Of a DNA stretch of 64,000 bases, positions 32,357-41,065 are shown in pieces. Under the pieces are notes generated by a model, which ran no database searches, was not told the DNA's origin, and saw only the letters and a list, made by a program, of their open reading frames with translations. Made by a program: the position numbers and the translations under genes. Position 1 is the first letter of the stretch; each line of letters starts with the position of its first letter. The stretch comes from Candidatus Multivoradales bacterium (GTDB lineage: Bacteria; Acidobacteriota; Thermoanaerobaculia; Multivoradales; JAHEKO01): the NCBI GenBank assembly GCA_965223855.1, contig CBDCXM010000009.1:2304001-2368000 (forward strand), read 5' to 3'.

Positions 32357-33565
32357 CTAGCCTGCCGTTTTGTCTTCCATAGCGTCTCGCATTGCCTTCG
32401 CACGCTCGTCAGCCGCTCGCTTGAGCGCGTCCGGCGCGAAGTGAGCGTAGGTCTCGGTCGAAGCGCGGGAGCGATGTCCGACGTTCTTGCCGGCGATCTC
32501 AAGCCCCACTCCTCTGGACACGTCCCAGCTGACGACGTTGTGCCTCAGGTCGTGTAGGCGAAGCGGTCCCAACCCCTCGAGATTGGCCAGGCCAGCACGC
32601 CCTCGGATCTTCACCCAAGGCTTCCGCACGGTCGTCAGGTGAGTGGAGAGGGCATGCCCAGGGAAGACAAAACGGCAGCCGGCAACTCTCTGCTGGCCGG
32701 AGAGGACTGCTAGAGCCTCTTCCGGTACTTGTCGATACTCTTCGTCGGCGGTTTTCGTGCGGACCAGCTTGGCCACTCCGCGCTCGAGGTCGAGGTTTGC
32801 CCACTCGAGGCCAAGCGCCTCGCCGATACGCCAGCCCGTCCAGAAGGCGACCCGTATCGCGGCGCAGGCGCTCGGACTTGCACCTGCAGCCTCCTCCTCA
32901 TCAATCGCCTTGAGGAGGGCAGCCATCTGCTCGGGGGTGAGCATGACTTCCTTCTTCGCACCCCGTCGCTCCTCCGGGTAGCGCTCCACGTGACGCGCCG
33001 GATTGCTGTGGTCAGATCGCCAGCCCCACGCCTCGGCCTGGTCGAGCGCCTGCTGCAGGACGGCGAGCACGCGATTGGCGGCGTATGGTCTGTTGCGCAG
33101 CGAGAGGTGAAGCTCTTCGACATCCGCGACTGTGAGCTCTTCGACGCGCTTGTCTCCGAAACGCGGCACGACATGGCAGCGGAGCAGGCTCTCGTAGCTA
33201 CTGACCGACGACGGCCTTGGGGGGCGCTTCTTGTTGGGTAGGTACTCGTTCAGGAAGCGGTCGGCGAGCATCGCGACGGTGGGGTCCGTGTCCGAGTCGC
33301 GGGAGATGCGGGGGTCCTCACCGGTCTGTACCTGGCGCGACGCCCGGACTGCCTTCTTGCGGGCGTCGTCCGCGGTCATGTCGCCGTGCTTGCCGAGTGT
33401 GATTCGCTTTGGCGCCTTGCGAGTGTTCTGCCCCTCCGTTCTGTACTGGTAGATGTAGACCTTGCGCCCGGCTGGGGTGACTTTGCAACCGAATCCGGTG
33501 AGGTTGGTGTCCCAGAGAAAGACATCCCGCGGTCCGGGTTTGAGGGCCTTGCGAATTGACTGCAG
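32357..33565 (-). CDS. Tyrosine recombinase/integrase with N-terminal arm-DNA-binding domain (start unclear)
   Basis: Catalytic R (TGWRIGE), HDLRH, GH and Y (TETYAH); in-frame upstream ALKPGPRDVFLWDTNLTGFGCKVTPAGRKVYIYQYR...RITLGKHG lacks an ATG/GTG/TTG before the next stop. Confidence 0.88.
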   Translation of the reverse strand: MQSIRKALKPGPRDVFLWDTNLTGFGCKVTPAGRKVYIYQYRTEGQNTRKAPKRITLGKHGDMTADDARKKAVRASRQVQTGEDPRISRDSDTDPTVAMLADRFLNEYLPNKKRPPRPSSVSSYESLLRCHVVPRFGDKRVEELTVADVEELHLSLRNRPYAANRVLAVLQQALDQAEAWGWRSDHSNPARHVERYPEERRGAKKEVMLTPEQMAALLKAIDEEEAAGASPSACAAIRVAFWTGWRIGEALGLEWANLDLERGVAKLVRTKTADEEYRQVPEEALAVLSGQQRVAGCRFVFPGHALSTHLTTVRKPWVKIRGRAGLANLEGLGPLRLHDLRHNVVSWDVSRGVGLEIAGKNVGHRSRASTETYAHFAPDALKRAADERAKAMRDAMEDKTAG

Positions 33566-33646
33566 CAGGTGCGTGCTAGCATTCGACTATGTCCCTTAGT
33601 GTGATCTCGAGACGATCTTCCAAGGGCGCTTGGGACGCCTCAAGGA

Positions 33647-36600
33647 TTGCGATTGTCGTCTCGCCGTGACTATCAGCACCGCTACCGCGAGCGAGCGCCA
33701 CTAGATGAGCTCCGTCAGAGCTCTTCTTGGAAGAGCCTTCGAAGGCTCTGGAGTCACCAGCGAGAGGCCCTAGGTTTTGTCGAGCGCTATCTCGCAGACG
33801 CTCCTGAGAACAAGAGCTGGGCGTCGCTACTCCGGCTGCCTACTGGCACCGGGAAGACGGGCATCATGGCCGTTGCTGCGAACTTTCTCGCTCCTGCGGG
33901 CCACGTCCTCATCGTCGCCCCAAGTACTTACCTGACTTTCCAGCTTCACGGAGCTCTAGTGTGCTCCTTCTGGGACGTCATCAAGGCACAACCCTCGAGG
34001 GGACCGAAGCCAACCATCGTCTTCACCCCGACTGTGCTTCGAGATCTTGAAGAGTTCCCCAGGGAGCCTTGCGTCTGGGTCTGCACCACGACAACCCTGC
34101 AGCTGCTGCATGCGGCCTATCTAGGCGAGTCCGGAGCGGCGAACGCGGCCCGATGGGCAGAGTGCTTTGGGCAACTACTGGAGTTGATCGAAGTTGTTCT
34201 TGTCGACGAGGGGCATCGAGAGCCAGCGAAAGAGTGGGCAAGGGCCGTTCGGCGCTTCGGGAGTCCTACGATTCTGTTTTCGGCAACGCCGTATAGGAAC
34301 GATCTTCGCTTCTTTAGGGTCGGCCGCGACAGCGATCGCTATCAGCAGCAGTATCGATTCCACACAGCCGTCTCGCGGCGGACGATTCGAGACGTCCGGT
34401 TTGTGCCGGCCCTGGAGGCCTACTCGCACCCGCCGGAGGATGATCTTCGTCGTCCTCGCCGCCTTCTGAACTCAGCCCGACACTTCTCCAAACAGCTACT
34501 CGACTTCTACGAGTCCGAACTCCTCCCAAACCTGCCAGCCGATGTCGTCACGCCGCGTGTGATCGTCCGCTGCGAGACAGGGGCCGCCGTAGAGGCAGTA
34601 AAGGACTCGATTGAGCGGGAGTTAGTCGCGCGCAACGCTGGAGTTCTGGCGAGCTCCCAGGTCTTGGCGGTTCACGATCGATTCAAAGCCTCGAAGGCTC
34701 CTAACGAGTACCCAAGCGTCCCGCGCCGCGAGAGCCTAGGGGAGGAGTACCCCGACGATGCGGTCTACTGGGTGCACCAATACAAACTCACAGAGGGGCT
34801 CGACGACAGAGACTTCTGTGCGGTCGCTTTCTTCCAGCGGTTCAAGAATTCCCGAGGCCTTGTTCAGCAAGTGGGCCGGATCTTGCGGAATCCAGGTCGA
34901 GGCGACCGACCAGCACTTGTCTTCCACGATCCGAGGGACGACCTTGGAGAGGAGTTCGAGGGCTACCGGTCTTTTGAGCGTGCACCGAGGTCGATCGTTG
35001 GCCCGGAGGAAATCGTCTTCGAGTTCGCTAAGGCCCTCCCAGATTGGTTCTACTTCGGAGGCCGCTATCGAGAAGCGATTGACTACGGGCGGGGCGACCG
35101 AGAGTACATTGAGGATGTGATCAAGGGGCTCCGGGTTAGGAAGACTGCGTTGGTCTTTCGAAGTCGACGTGGGCCAACCGAGAGCGAACTCAAGAGCATT
35201 CTCTTAGAGTACTCGGAGGCCCTTGAAGAGAAGGACTCGGTTGAAATCGGACTATGGTCCAAGACAGAGCCGTCGCACCAGGTAGGGGTGGTCTTGCATT
35301 GCCGCATCGAACAGACGCCCTACCTGTGCGATCGAGCCTTTTTCGACATCTCCCTGTCGCCAAGTGTCTTCTACTGGAGGCAGGGCTTCTTCTTTCTTCA
35401 AGGCAGCAGCTCTGCCGTTCCAACGAGGTTGGTTGGAGAAGTAAAGCCGGTGGAGCCTCACGCTCTGGAGGCCCTCCTCCCGCCAGACGTGACTCGCTTC
35501 ACGCAGGTCTCCTTGACCAACTGTGACCTCGGCCGATCCAGCCTACGGCGGCGAGCAATTGCCGCGTATGCTCTGGAGGACATCGCGCCAGGTCTGGGGG
35601 ATCACTTCCAGTTCGCCTCGGCTGCGGTCGGTTCGGTCCACGAGAGTGGGGTTGACTCTCGTCGGTACCTTGGTTTCACGCGGTCCCGTGTAACGCAGCC
35701 TGAGGCGGAGAATGGCGACATTGCTGCGTTCATGAAGTGGGCCGACAGCCTGGTTGGTGGCCTCCGGAAGCCGCCGGACCGATCACATCCGGTTCTTCAA
35801 CGCTTCGCCCAGTATGTGTCAGCGGGCGAAGATGAGCAGGCCCGCCACATCTTGCTGGAGTTCGATGAATTCTTCAACGTCTACCAGTCGGGTCTTTTCG
35901 GTGAGACCTTCAGTTCTCTAGCTGCCGACGTCGATCCAGACGACGGAACATTCAGTTGTCAGGTCGGAGACCGCGAGATTCTGGGCAAAGTCAAGTACAG
36001 GAGAGGGCGGTTCTATCTGGAATCTAGACAACTCGATGAGGACTTCGAGCCTCGTGATGAGAACGTACGACTTCACCCCACAACATTTCTGACTCAGAGG
36101 GCTCACTTTCGAGTTGTCACTTCAGAAGGCAAGCTCTACGCCGACGGTCGTTTCTATCTTCCACGAACTCCGCTCTGGGAGAACGGACGCCTGGAGGACC
36201 TAGGGATCTTTCACTCAGTACCCTCGCTTGGGGAAGTCACCAAGAAGGAGAAAGGGGGAAAGGGTAAGTTCTCCCGGCTCCCAGATGAGAAGCTGACCTG
36301 GGAGGAGGGGAGTGTCTTTCATGTGATCGATGCAGATCCGGCGCTATTCGAAGCGGCTGACTTCAACCCAGATCTCCTGGTTTGCGACGATCTCGGCACA
36401 GAGCTGGCGGACTTCTTCGCTCTGGATCTGGCGAAAGGAAAGATCTGCCAGATTCACGCAAAAGCCTACGGAGGAGATGAGGCTTTCTCCGCAGGAGCAA
36501 GTCCGTTTCATGATGTGCATGCCCAGGTCGTAAAGAACTTGGAGTACCTTAACCCTGTCCATACCGTTGCTCCGGACCGGTCAAGACGATGGAACGGGGT

Positions 36601-36910
36601 CTGGAAGTGGAACAAGAAGAGTAAGCAAGGAGTGCGGCGTATTCGTAGGGCCCCAGCGGGATTCACGGGAGCGAGAATTGCCGACGAAGTGAATGGCCTG
36701 GTGCGATCGGTCGAGACCCAGAAGGAGGTCTGGGTCGTTCTGGGGAAGGGGTTTGCAGTCAAGGAGCTCCTGGCAGCAGTTGGAGGCGGGAAAGTGCCTG
36801 ACTATCACTCAGTGCAACTGCTCTATCTACTACAGAGCTGCAATGACCAAGTCTCGGCAGTTGGGGCCAAACTTCGGGTCTTCACGGTGGATACAAGGCC
36901 AGGAGGCTGA
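33647..36910 (+). CDS. SF2 DEAD/DEAH (ResIII-like) helicase with C-terminal nuclease-like domain; candidate defence protein
   Basis: HQREA Q-motif, LPTGTGKT, VDEGH, SATP, LTEGLD, QQVGRILR; C-terminal CDDLGTELADF...QIHAK. Confidence 0.85.
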   Translation: MRLSSRRDYQHRYRERAPLDELRQSSSWKSLRRLWSHQREALGFVERYLADAPENKSWASLLRLPTGTGKTGIMAVAANFLAPAGHVLIVAPSTYLTFQLHGALVCSFWDVIKAQPSRGPKPTIVFTPTVLRDLEEFPREPCVWVCTTTTLQLLHAAYLGESGAANAARWAECFGQLLELIEVVLVDEGHREPAKEWARAVRRFGSPTILFSATPYRNDLRFFRVGRDSDRYQQQYRFHTAVSRRTIRDVRFVPALEAYSHPPEDDLRRPRRLLNSARHFSKQLLDFYESELLPNLPADVVTPRVIVRCETGAAVEAVKDSIERELVARNAGVLASSQVLAVHDRFKASKAPNEYPSVPRRESLGEEYPDDAVYWVHQYKLTEGLDDRDFCAVAFFQRFKNSRGLVQQVGRILRNPGRGDRPALVFHDPRDDLGEEFEGYRSFERAPRSIVGPEEIVFEFAKALPDWFYFGGRYREAIDYGRGDREYIEDVIKGLRVRKTALVFRSRRGPTESELKSILLEYSEALEEKDSVEIGLWSKTEPSHQVGVVLHCRIEQTPYLCDRAFFDISLSPSVFYWRQGFFFLQGSSSAVPTRLVGEVKPVEPHALEALLPPDVTRFTQVSLTNCDLGRSSLRRRAIAAYALEDIAPGLGDHFQFASAAVGSVHESGVDSRRYLGFTRSRVTQPEAENGDIAAFMKWADSLVGGLRKPPDRSHPVLQRFAQYVSAGEDEQARHILLEFDEFFNVYQSGLFGETFSSLAADVDPDDGTFSCQVGDREILGKVKYRRGRFYLESRQLDEDFEPRDENVRLHPTTFLTQRAHFRVVTSEGKLYADGRFYLPRTPLWENGRLEDLGIFHSVPSLGEVTKKEKGGKGKFSRLPDEKLTWEEGSVFHVIDADPALFEAADFNPDLLVCDDLGTELADFFALDLAKGKICQIHAKAYGGDEAFSAGASPFHDVHAQVVKNLEYLNPVHTVAPDRSRRWNGVWKWNKKSKQGVRRIRRAPAGFTGARIADEVNGLVRSVETQKEVWVVLGKGFAVKELLAAVGGGKVPDYHSVQLLYLLQSCNDQVSAVGAKLRVFTVDTRPGG

Positions 36911-36997
36911 GGCTTGAGGAGACCCAAGCGACCGTTCTGGACGGCTGGGTGTCGGAGCTGACTACGGGACGGAAGCCCTATTGAAAGGAAACTGACG

Positions 36998-37588
36998 ATG
37001 GAGATCACCCTGGATCCTGAGAATGAAACCCGCGCGACCAGGAGGCTCCAAGCTCTGCTGGGCCTAGGAGCTGCAGAGGCGGAGGCGCTGCTGAGCGCAG
37101 CCGTTGAGGGGGCCGTGGACCGGACACTCGAGCGCGTTGGAGGCTCGGCTCCTGTTCCGACGAGCGTTGTTGCAACTCGCGCCGAGGAGTTGCGATATTG
37201 CTGCCTGCGCGCTAACCGAATCCTGGAGCGCCGCGAGGTAGAGGTGCTGTTTAGGATCGCGGCGAGTGGTGCAAGAGCGATCTTGACGACGACGCGGGCG
37301 ACCTATGAAGAATCTCTTCAAGAGCAGTTCGCCTCGCGAATGCGCGAAGACGCTAGGGTTGAAGAGACTGGGAACGTTGAAGATGGGCAGACTTATACCA
37401 TTGGCTTCTCAGAAGTCGCGAATTTTGAAACCGCGAAGGCCCTGCTGCGTCGCAGGAACTTGCACGTCTATTGTGAGTCGAACCAGCATGGAAAGACGCT
37501 GGCGCTCCCGCGTGAGATCACGATCGAGGGGGTGGCGATCAATCCGCTCGAGGAGCTAGGATTTGATCAACCCGGGCAAGATGCCTGA
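36998..37588 (+). CDS. Hypothetical protein with a possible HTH
   Basis: AAGGA RBS; ILERREVEVLFRIAASGARAIL is HTH-like. Confidence 0.7.
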   Translation: MEITLDPENETRATRRLQALLGLGAAEAEALLSAAVEGAVDRTLERVGGSAPVPTSVVATRAEELRYCCLRANRILERREVEVLFRIAASGARAILTTTRATYEESLQEQFASRMREDARVEETGNVEDGQTYTIGFSEVANFETAKALLRRRNLHVYCESNQHGKTLALPREITIEGVAINPLEELGFDQPGQDA

Positions 37589-37597
37589 GTTTCGAGC

Positions 37598-37975
37598 ATG
37601 ACGGTCACCATGTCCGAATACTCATCTGCGGTCCACCAGATAGGCCAGATCGCGAACTTACTTGGCCTCTTTCTCGCCCTCCTAGCTCTGTTTACCTCGG
37701 AGCAGGCGCGGCGCCTAGGAGAGGAGAAGCGCCGAACGGGGAATCCCGACCAGGCCAATTGCCGGACCATCGTTGGCTTAAGCGCAGCGTTGGGCACGGT
37801 AACGCTCGCCGGAGTGGTGTCGATGGCTCCACTAATGTGGCGGTGCGTCGCAACCTTCGAGATGGGGAGGCGGGTCGATCCTGTGCTGACAGTCTTCGTT
37901 CTTGTGTGGTCCCTGCTGATCGCTCTAGTAGTGTGGCAGTTCAGGCTTGCGAAGGGCGCTTGGCCTCACTCTTGA
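37598..37975 (+). CDS. Hypothetical 3-TM membrane protein
   Basis: Three hydrophobic segments; 9 bp after the preceding gene. Confidence 0.65.
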   Translation: MTVTMSEYSSAVHQIGQIANLLGLFLALLALFTSEQARRLGEEKRRTGNPDQANCRTIVGLSAALGTVTLAGVVSMAPLMWRCVATFEMGRRVDPVLTVFVLVWSLLIALVVWQFRLAKGAWPHS

Positions 37976-38078
37976 TCCTGGCTGCCAGGCCTTTTGGGAC
38001 TAGCTCGCAAGGAGGGGGTCACGTCACGATGACTCGGCCGCTCAACCAACGCTTCCTGCCGAGAGGACTCGTGCAGCG

Positions 38079-38621
38079 ATGACGTCTCACTGGAAGACTG
38101 CACCCGTCCGATGGCGGCGGAAACGCAGGACACGTCAGCACGTGCTTGCCGACCTCGCCGTGAACCATGCTGAGCGGCAGATCATACTCCGCGGTTTCTC
38201 GGTCGACCGGGTCGAACACGACTACGGATTCGATCTGGTCATGACCACATACGATGCGGACGGCATGATCGAGAATGGACAGGTCATGATCCAAGTCAAG
38301 GGGCAGGACAAGTCGCCGGTCATGTCCGCGAAAGAGAGCTTGCCGTTTCGCCTCGATCGCCGAGATCTGGACCTCTGGCTCCGGGAGCCGGAACCCGTAA
38401 TTCTAGCCGTCTACGACGGCTCGACCTCCGAGGCCTACTGGTTGTACGTCCAGGCCCATTTCGAGGCCCAAGGCATCACCAACCCCTATGAGATGCCTCG
38501 CACTGTCACAGTCCACGTGCCGTTGACTAACAAGCTCGATCCCGACGCGATCTCCGAGTTGGCCCGCTTGCGCGACAACATGATGGCGCAGATCATGGGA
38601 AGGATTAGGCACTGTGAATGA
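38079..38621 (+). CDS. DUF4365 family PD-(D/E)xK-like protein
   Basis: HDYGFDL...IQVKG...LWLREPEPVILAVYD...AYWLYVQ. Confidence 0.82.
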   Translation: MTSHWKTAPVRWRRKRRTRQHVLADLAVNHAERQIILRGFSVDRVEHDYGFDLVMTTYDADGMIENGQVMIQVKGQDKSPVMSAKESLPFRLDRRDLDLWLREPEPVILAVYDGSTSEAYWLYVQAHFEAQGITNPYEMPRTVTVHVPLTNKLDPDAISELARLRDNMMAQIMGRIRHCE

Positions 38622-38715
38622 TCCACTGACGTACCGCGGCTTGCACGAGTTCCTACTCTCCCTCGGTTTCCAGAGGCACACGGTCCCCGGCTTAGAGGTT
38701 CCACACGATTCCTGA
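38614..38715 (+). pseudogene. Truncated HicA-like ORF
   Basis: GTG overlapping the DUF4365 end gives MNDPLTYRGLHEFLLSLGFQRHTVPG then stops at 33 aa. Confidence 0.4.
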
Positions 38716-38923
38716 GGAGTCGCCGCGGTCCCCTCTGGCGATCGGGTCATTGGCCCCCTGCGACTCTCAGCAGTCCCACGAAATCTGCTTTCGCCTGCCT
38801 CTCGGGTCGGTTTCGCCGGCGATAGCGTCGGATTTGAGCTCGAGAATGCCTACGGGGTGTAGTCCGGGCGCAGCGGTGCTCCCCAGCTGGCGCTGGGCTG
38901 TCCGTTCTCGAGACTCGGCTGAC

Positions 38924-39826
38924 CTAAGCTTTCAGCGGGACGAAGCCTGCCCCGGGTCGGAAGCACCCGGCTGGGAACTCCGCAGCTCTTCCTCTTCTCA
39001 GGTCTTCGCTGGCCTGACGGTAGGCGAGGACGACGAGGGCGTAGGCTCCCTCGAGAGCTCTACGCATGCGGCCTTCGATCGCGTGGAAGCGCGGTGCCGG
39101 CGTGCGCTTGTCGGGCGAATTCGGCCGATCGTGAGGGTGCTGTCGGAGGATGGCGTCTCGACCGAGGACCTTGTCGGGAGCCTCCTCCTCGATCTGCTTG
39201 ACCATCCGGCGCACTTCCGCTCGCCAGTGGCTCTCTGGCTCGTGCTCCCAACAGGGCAGGGGCGAGAGCTCGAGGCGCTCTCTCGAGGCGAAGAGGGCGT
39301 CGGGGTTGGGTTCGCCTCTCTCGTGAGCCCGGTATTGCTCGGTTCGGTCGATCCAGACACCCTCGAGCGGATCGTCCTGGAGCAGGGCTTTCGTCGAGCT
39401 CGCTCCCGGCCAGTGCCTCGGTGAGGCGACCAGTCCTTCCTTGCAGCCCTGGGCCAGGAGGTAGCGGAGTCTCCCGATCTGCGCTGCGGGTTCGTCGGAC
39501 ACATGGATGTCGACGTAGCGCCGGCCGAAGATCTTCTCTTTCCAGTGGTGGAGCCTTCCGACTTCGCGGGCGATCTTGGAGTTGACGTAGCGCATGAAGT
39601 CGGCGAGCTGCCTGGCGTCTTCCGGGTAGAGCAGCATGTGGCAGTGGTTCGACAGGAAGACGAACGCGCACACTCGCATCCTGTAGCGCTCCTGGCCGCG
39701 GGCGAGGGCGCCGAGGATGATCTCGTTGAGCGCCGGCGAGGGGCGCAGCAGGAAGCGGCGCTGGAGGGTGCGGCAGGTGACTTCTACCAGGGCTTGTGAG
39801 GGCAGATAGCGAATCTTGCGTGCCAT
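38924..39826 (-). CDS. REP-associated tyrosine transposase (RAYT-like, Y1 HUH family)
   Basis: Start MARKIRYL; VEVTCRT, FVFLSNHCHMLL (HUH), FMRYVNS, IFGRRY, RYLLAQG.K.GLV..P..WPGASS; no TnpB adjacent. Confidence 0.88.
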   Translation of the reverse strand: MARKIRYLPSQALVEVTCRTLQRRFLLRPSPALNEIILGALARGQERYRMRVCAFVFLSNHCHMLLYPEDARQLADFMRYVNSKIAREVGRLHHWKEKIFGRRYVDIHVSDEPAAQIGRLRYLLAQGCKEGLVASPRHWPGASSTKALLQDDPLEGVWIDRTEQYRAHERGEPNPDALFASRERLELSPLPCWEHEPESHWRAEVRRMVKQIEEEAPDKVLGRDAILRQHPHDRPNSPDKRTPAPRFHAIEGRMRRALEGAYALVVLAYRQASEDLRRGRAAEFPAGCFRPGAGFVPLKA

Positions 39827-39896
39827 GCCCTTGCAGACGGAGGGCCTACGGGAGATCTCACGCATTTGTGTGGCACCCATCGAGGGGGCCCGCTCC

Positions 39897-40802
39897 TCAG
39901 TCGCCCAGCTCCAGTCGCTGCGCCTCGTCCCACAGGCGCGATCGGCGAAGCAGTTCCGGCCGAACGGCCGGCGGAAGCTGATCGTACTCGGGGATGCTCG
40001 CTCCGATCTCCTCTCGAGGGAAGAGGAGCACCCCATCGGCGAGCTCTCCTGCAAGGAATCTGTCCAGGCGCTTTCGACTCCAGACTTCGCCGAGCATTCG
40101 GTGGCCGGCCGTGCCTCCTGGAGTCACCAACATCCAGGACCCCAGCGCGTCGAAGGCCGGATGGTCCCGAAGGTGAGCCGCGACCGAGAGCACCGCCGCA
40201 CCTTCCGTACCTCGCTCGCGCCAGGACCTGGCGATGCGCTCGCAGTGGAGGTTGCCGAAGAGCCAGAGCTGCGGAAGAGGTGCTGCGGCGGCAAGTCTCT
40301 CCGCCTCCACGAGTTTCTCGCGCTGGAGCCAGGGGACGAGGTCCTCGGCGAGGTGTATCTGATCCCAGGGGATGGGGAGTGAGGCGCCTACGATCCGCAC
40401 CCTCGGCCTGGCACTCTCGCGATTGATCGACTGGGCCGCCCGCAGGAACTCCTCGTAGCCGGGGTGCTCCCAGGCGATTCCCAGGCCGGCGTCCCTCCAG
40501 ATCGGCCGGAGCTCGTCGCGCGACATCGGGGCTTGCTCGATCACAAAGCGATCGAGCAGGGCCTGGTGGGCCGGGGCTGCAAACTCCGCTAGGACCGTCA
40601 GCGACGGGAAGCGACTCGCAGCCGCGGATAGCACCTCGATGCGCAGTTGGCTCTCCTCCTCACCGCCGTGTTCCTCTCCAAGGCAGAGCCGGGGCGCGAG
40701 CTCCAGTACCAGGACTTCTGCAACGCTGATCCGCTGGTCGCAGCCGCTCAGTAGAAAGAGGGCCGTGGTGAGGGCGCTGATCAACGAGAGGTCCTTGTGC
40801 AT
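39897..40802 (-). CDS. Lipoprotein, EreA/ChaN-like fold
   Basis: Lipobox LSGC; LCLGEEHG and FGNLH motifs. Confidence 0.55.
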   Translation of the reverse strand: MHKDLSLISALTTALFLLSGCDQRISVAEVLVLELAPRLCLGEEHGGEEESQLRIEVLSAAASRFPSLTVLAEFAAPAHQALLDRFVIEQAPMSRDELRPIWRDAGLGIAWEHPGYEEFLRAAQSINRESARPRVRIVGASLPIPWDQIHLAEDLVPWLQREKLVEAERLAAAAPLPQLWLFGNLHCERIARSWRERGTEGAAVLSVAAHLRDHPAFDALGSWMLVTPGGTAGHRMLGEVWSRKRLDRFLAGELADGVLLFPREEIGASIPEYDQLPPAVRPELLRRSRLWDEAQRLELGD

Positions 40803-40883
40803 GGCGGTCGTCCCCCAGCATAGAGGCTAGCGATGCGGCCAAGGGGAGCACTTGAGCTGGGGTCGCCCGTCTCTCGAGTTGGC

Positions 40884-40965
40884 GAAATGCGGTGACAGGA
40901 TACTCATCACCGCCACATCACCGATCCTGCAGCGCCGGCGAATGAGTCACCTGTCACCGCTACTC
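40884..40965. repeat. REP-like inverted pair 1 (GGTGACAGG family)
   Basis: GAAATGCGGTGACAGGATACTC (40884-40905) and inverted GAGTCACCTGTCACCGCTACTC (40944-40965). Confidence 0.85.
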
Positions 40966-41065
40966 CCCGAGGACTGAGGCGCCCTGCGAATCGCGAGCAT
41001 CGCGACCAGCTGTAACGTCTCACGCCCGTCGGCCGCCTTCTCAGAAAAGAGGAAAGGAGCCCACG

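Larger units (their letters stand above)
28626..38715. mobile_element. Decayed integrative genomic island at tRNA-Phe (right boundary uncertain)
   Basis: AT-rich att-like tail after the tRNA, TAGCAATC direct repeats, VirD4-like and excisionase domains, tyrosine integrase, visibly lower GC, pseudogenes. Confidence 0.8.

Noticed and set aside
33647-36910. Type III or type I restriction-modification system
   Set aside because: No methyltransferase or specificity subunit is present in the window.
38924-39826. IS200/IS605 element with TnpB/IscB
   Set aside because: No RuvC-type gene is adjacent, and the roughly 300-aa length and motifs fit RAYT-like proteins better than short TnpA.
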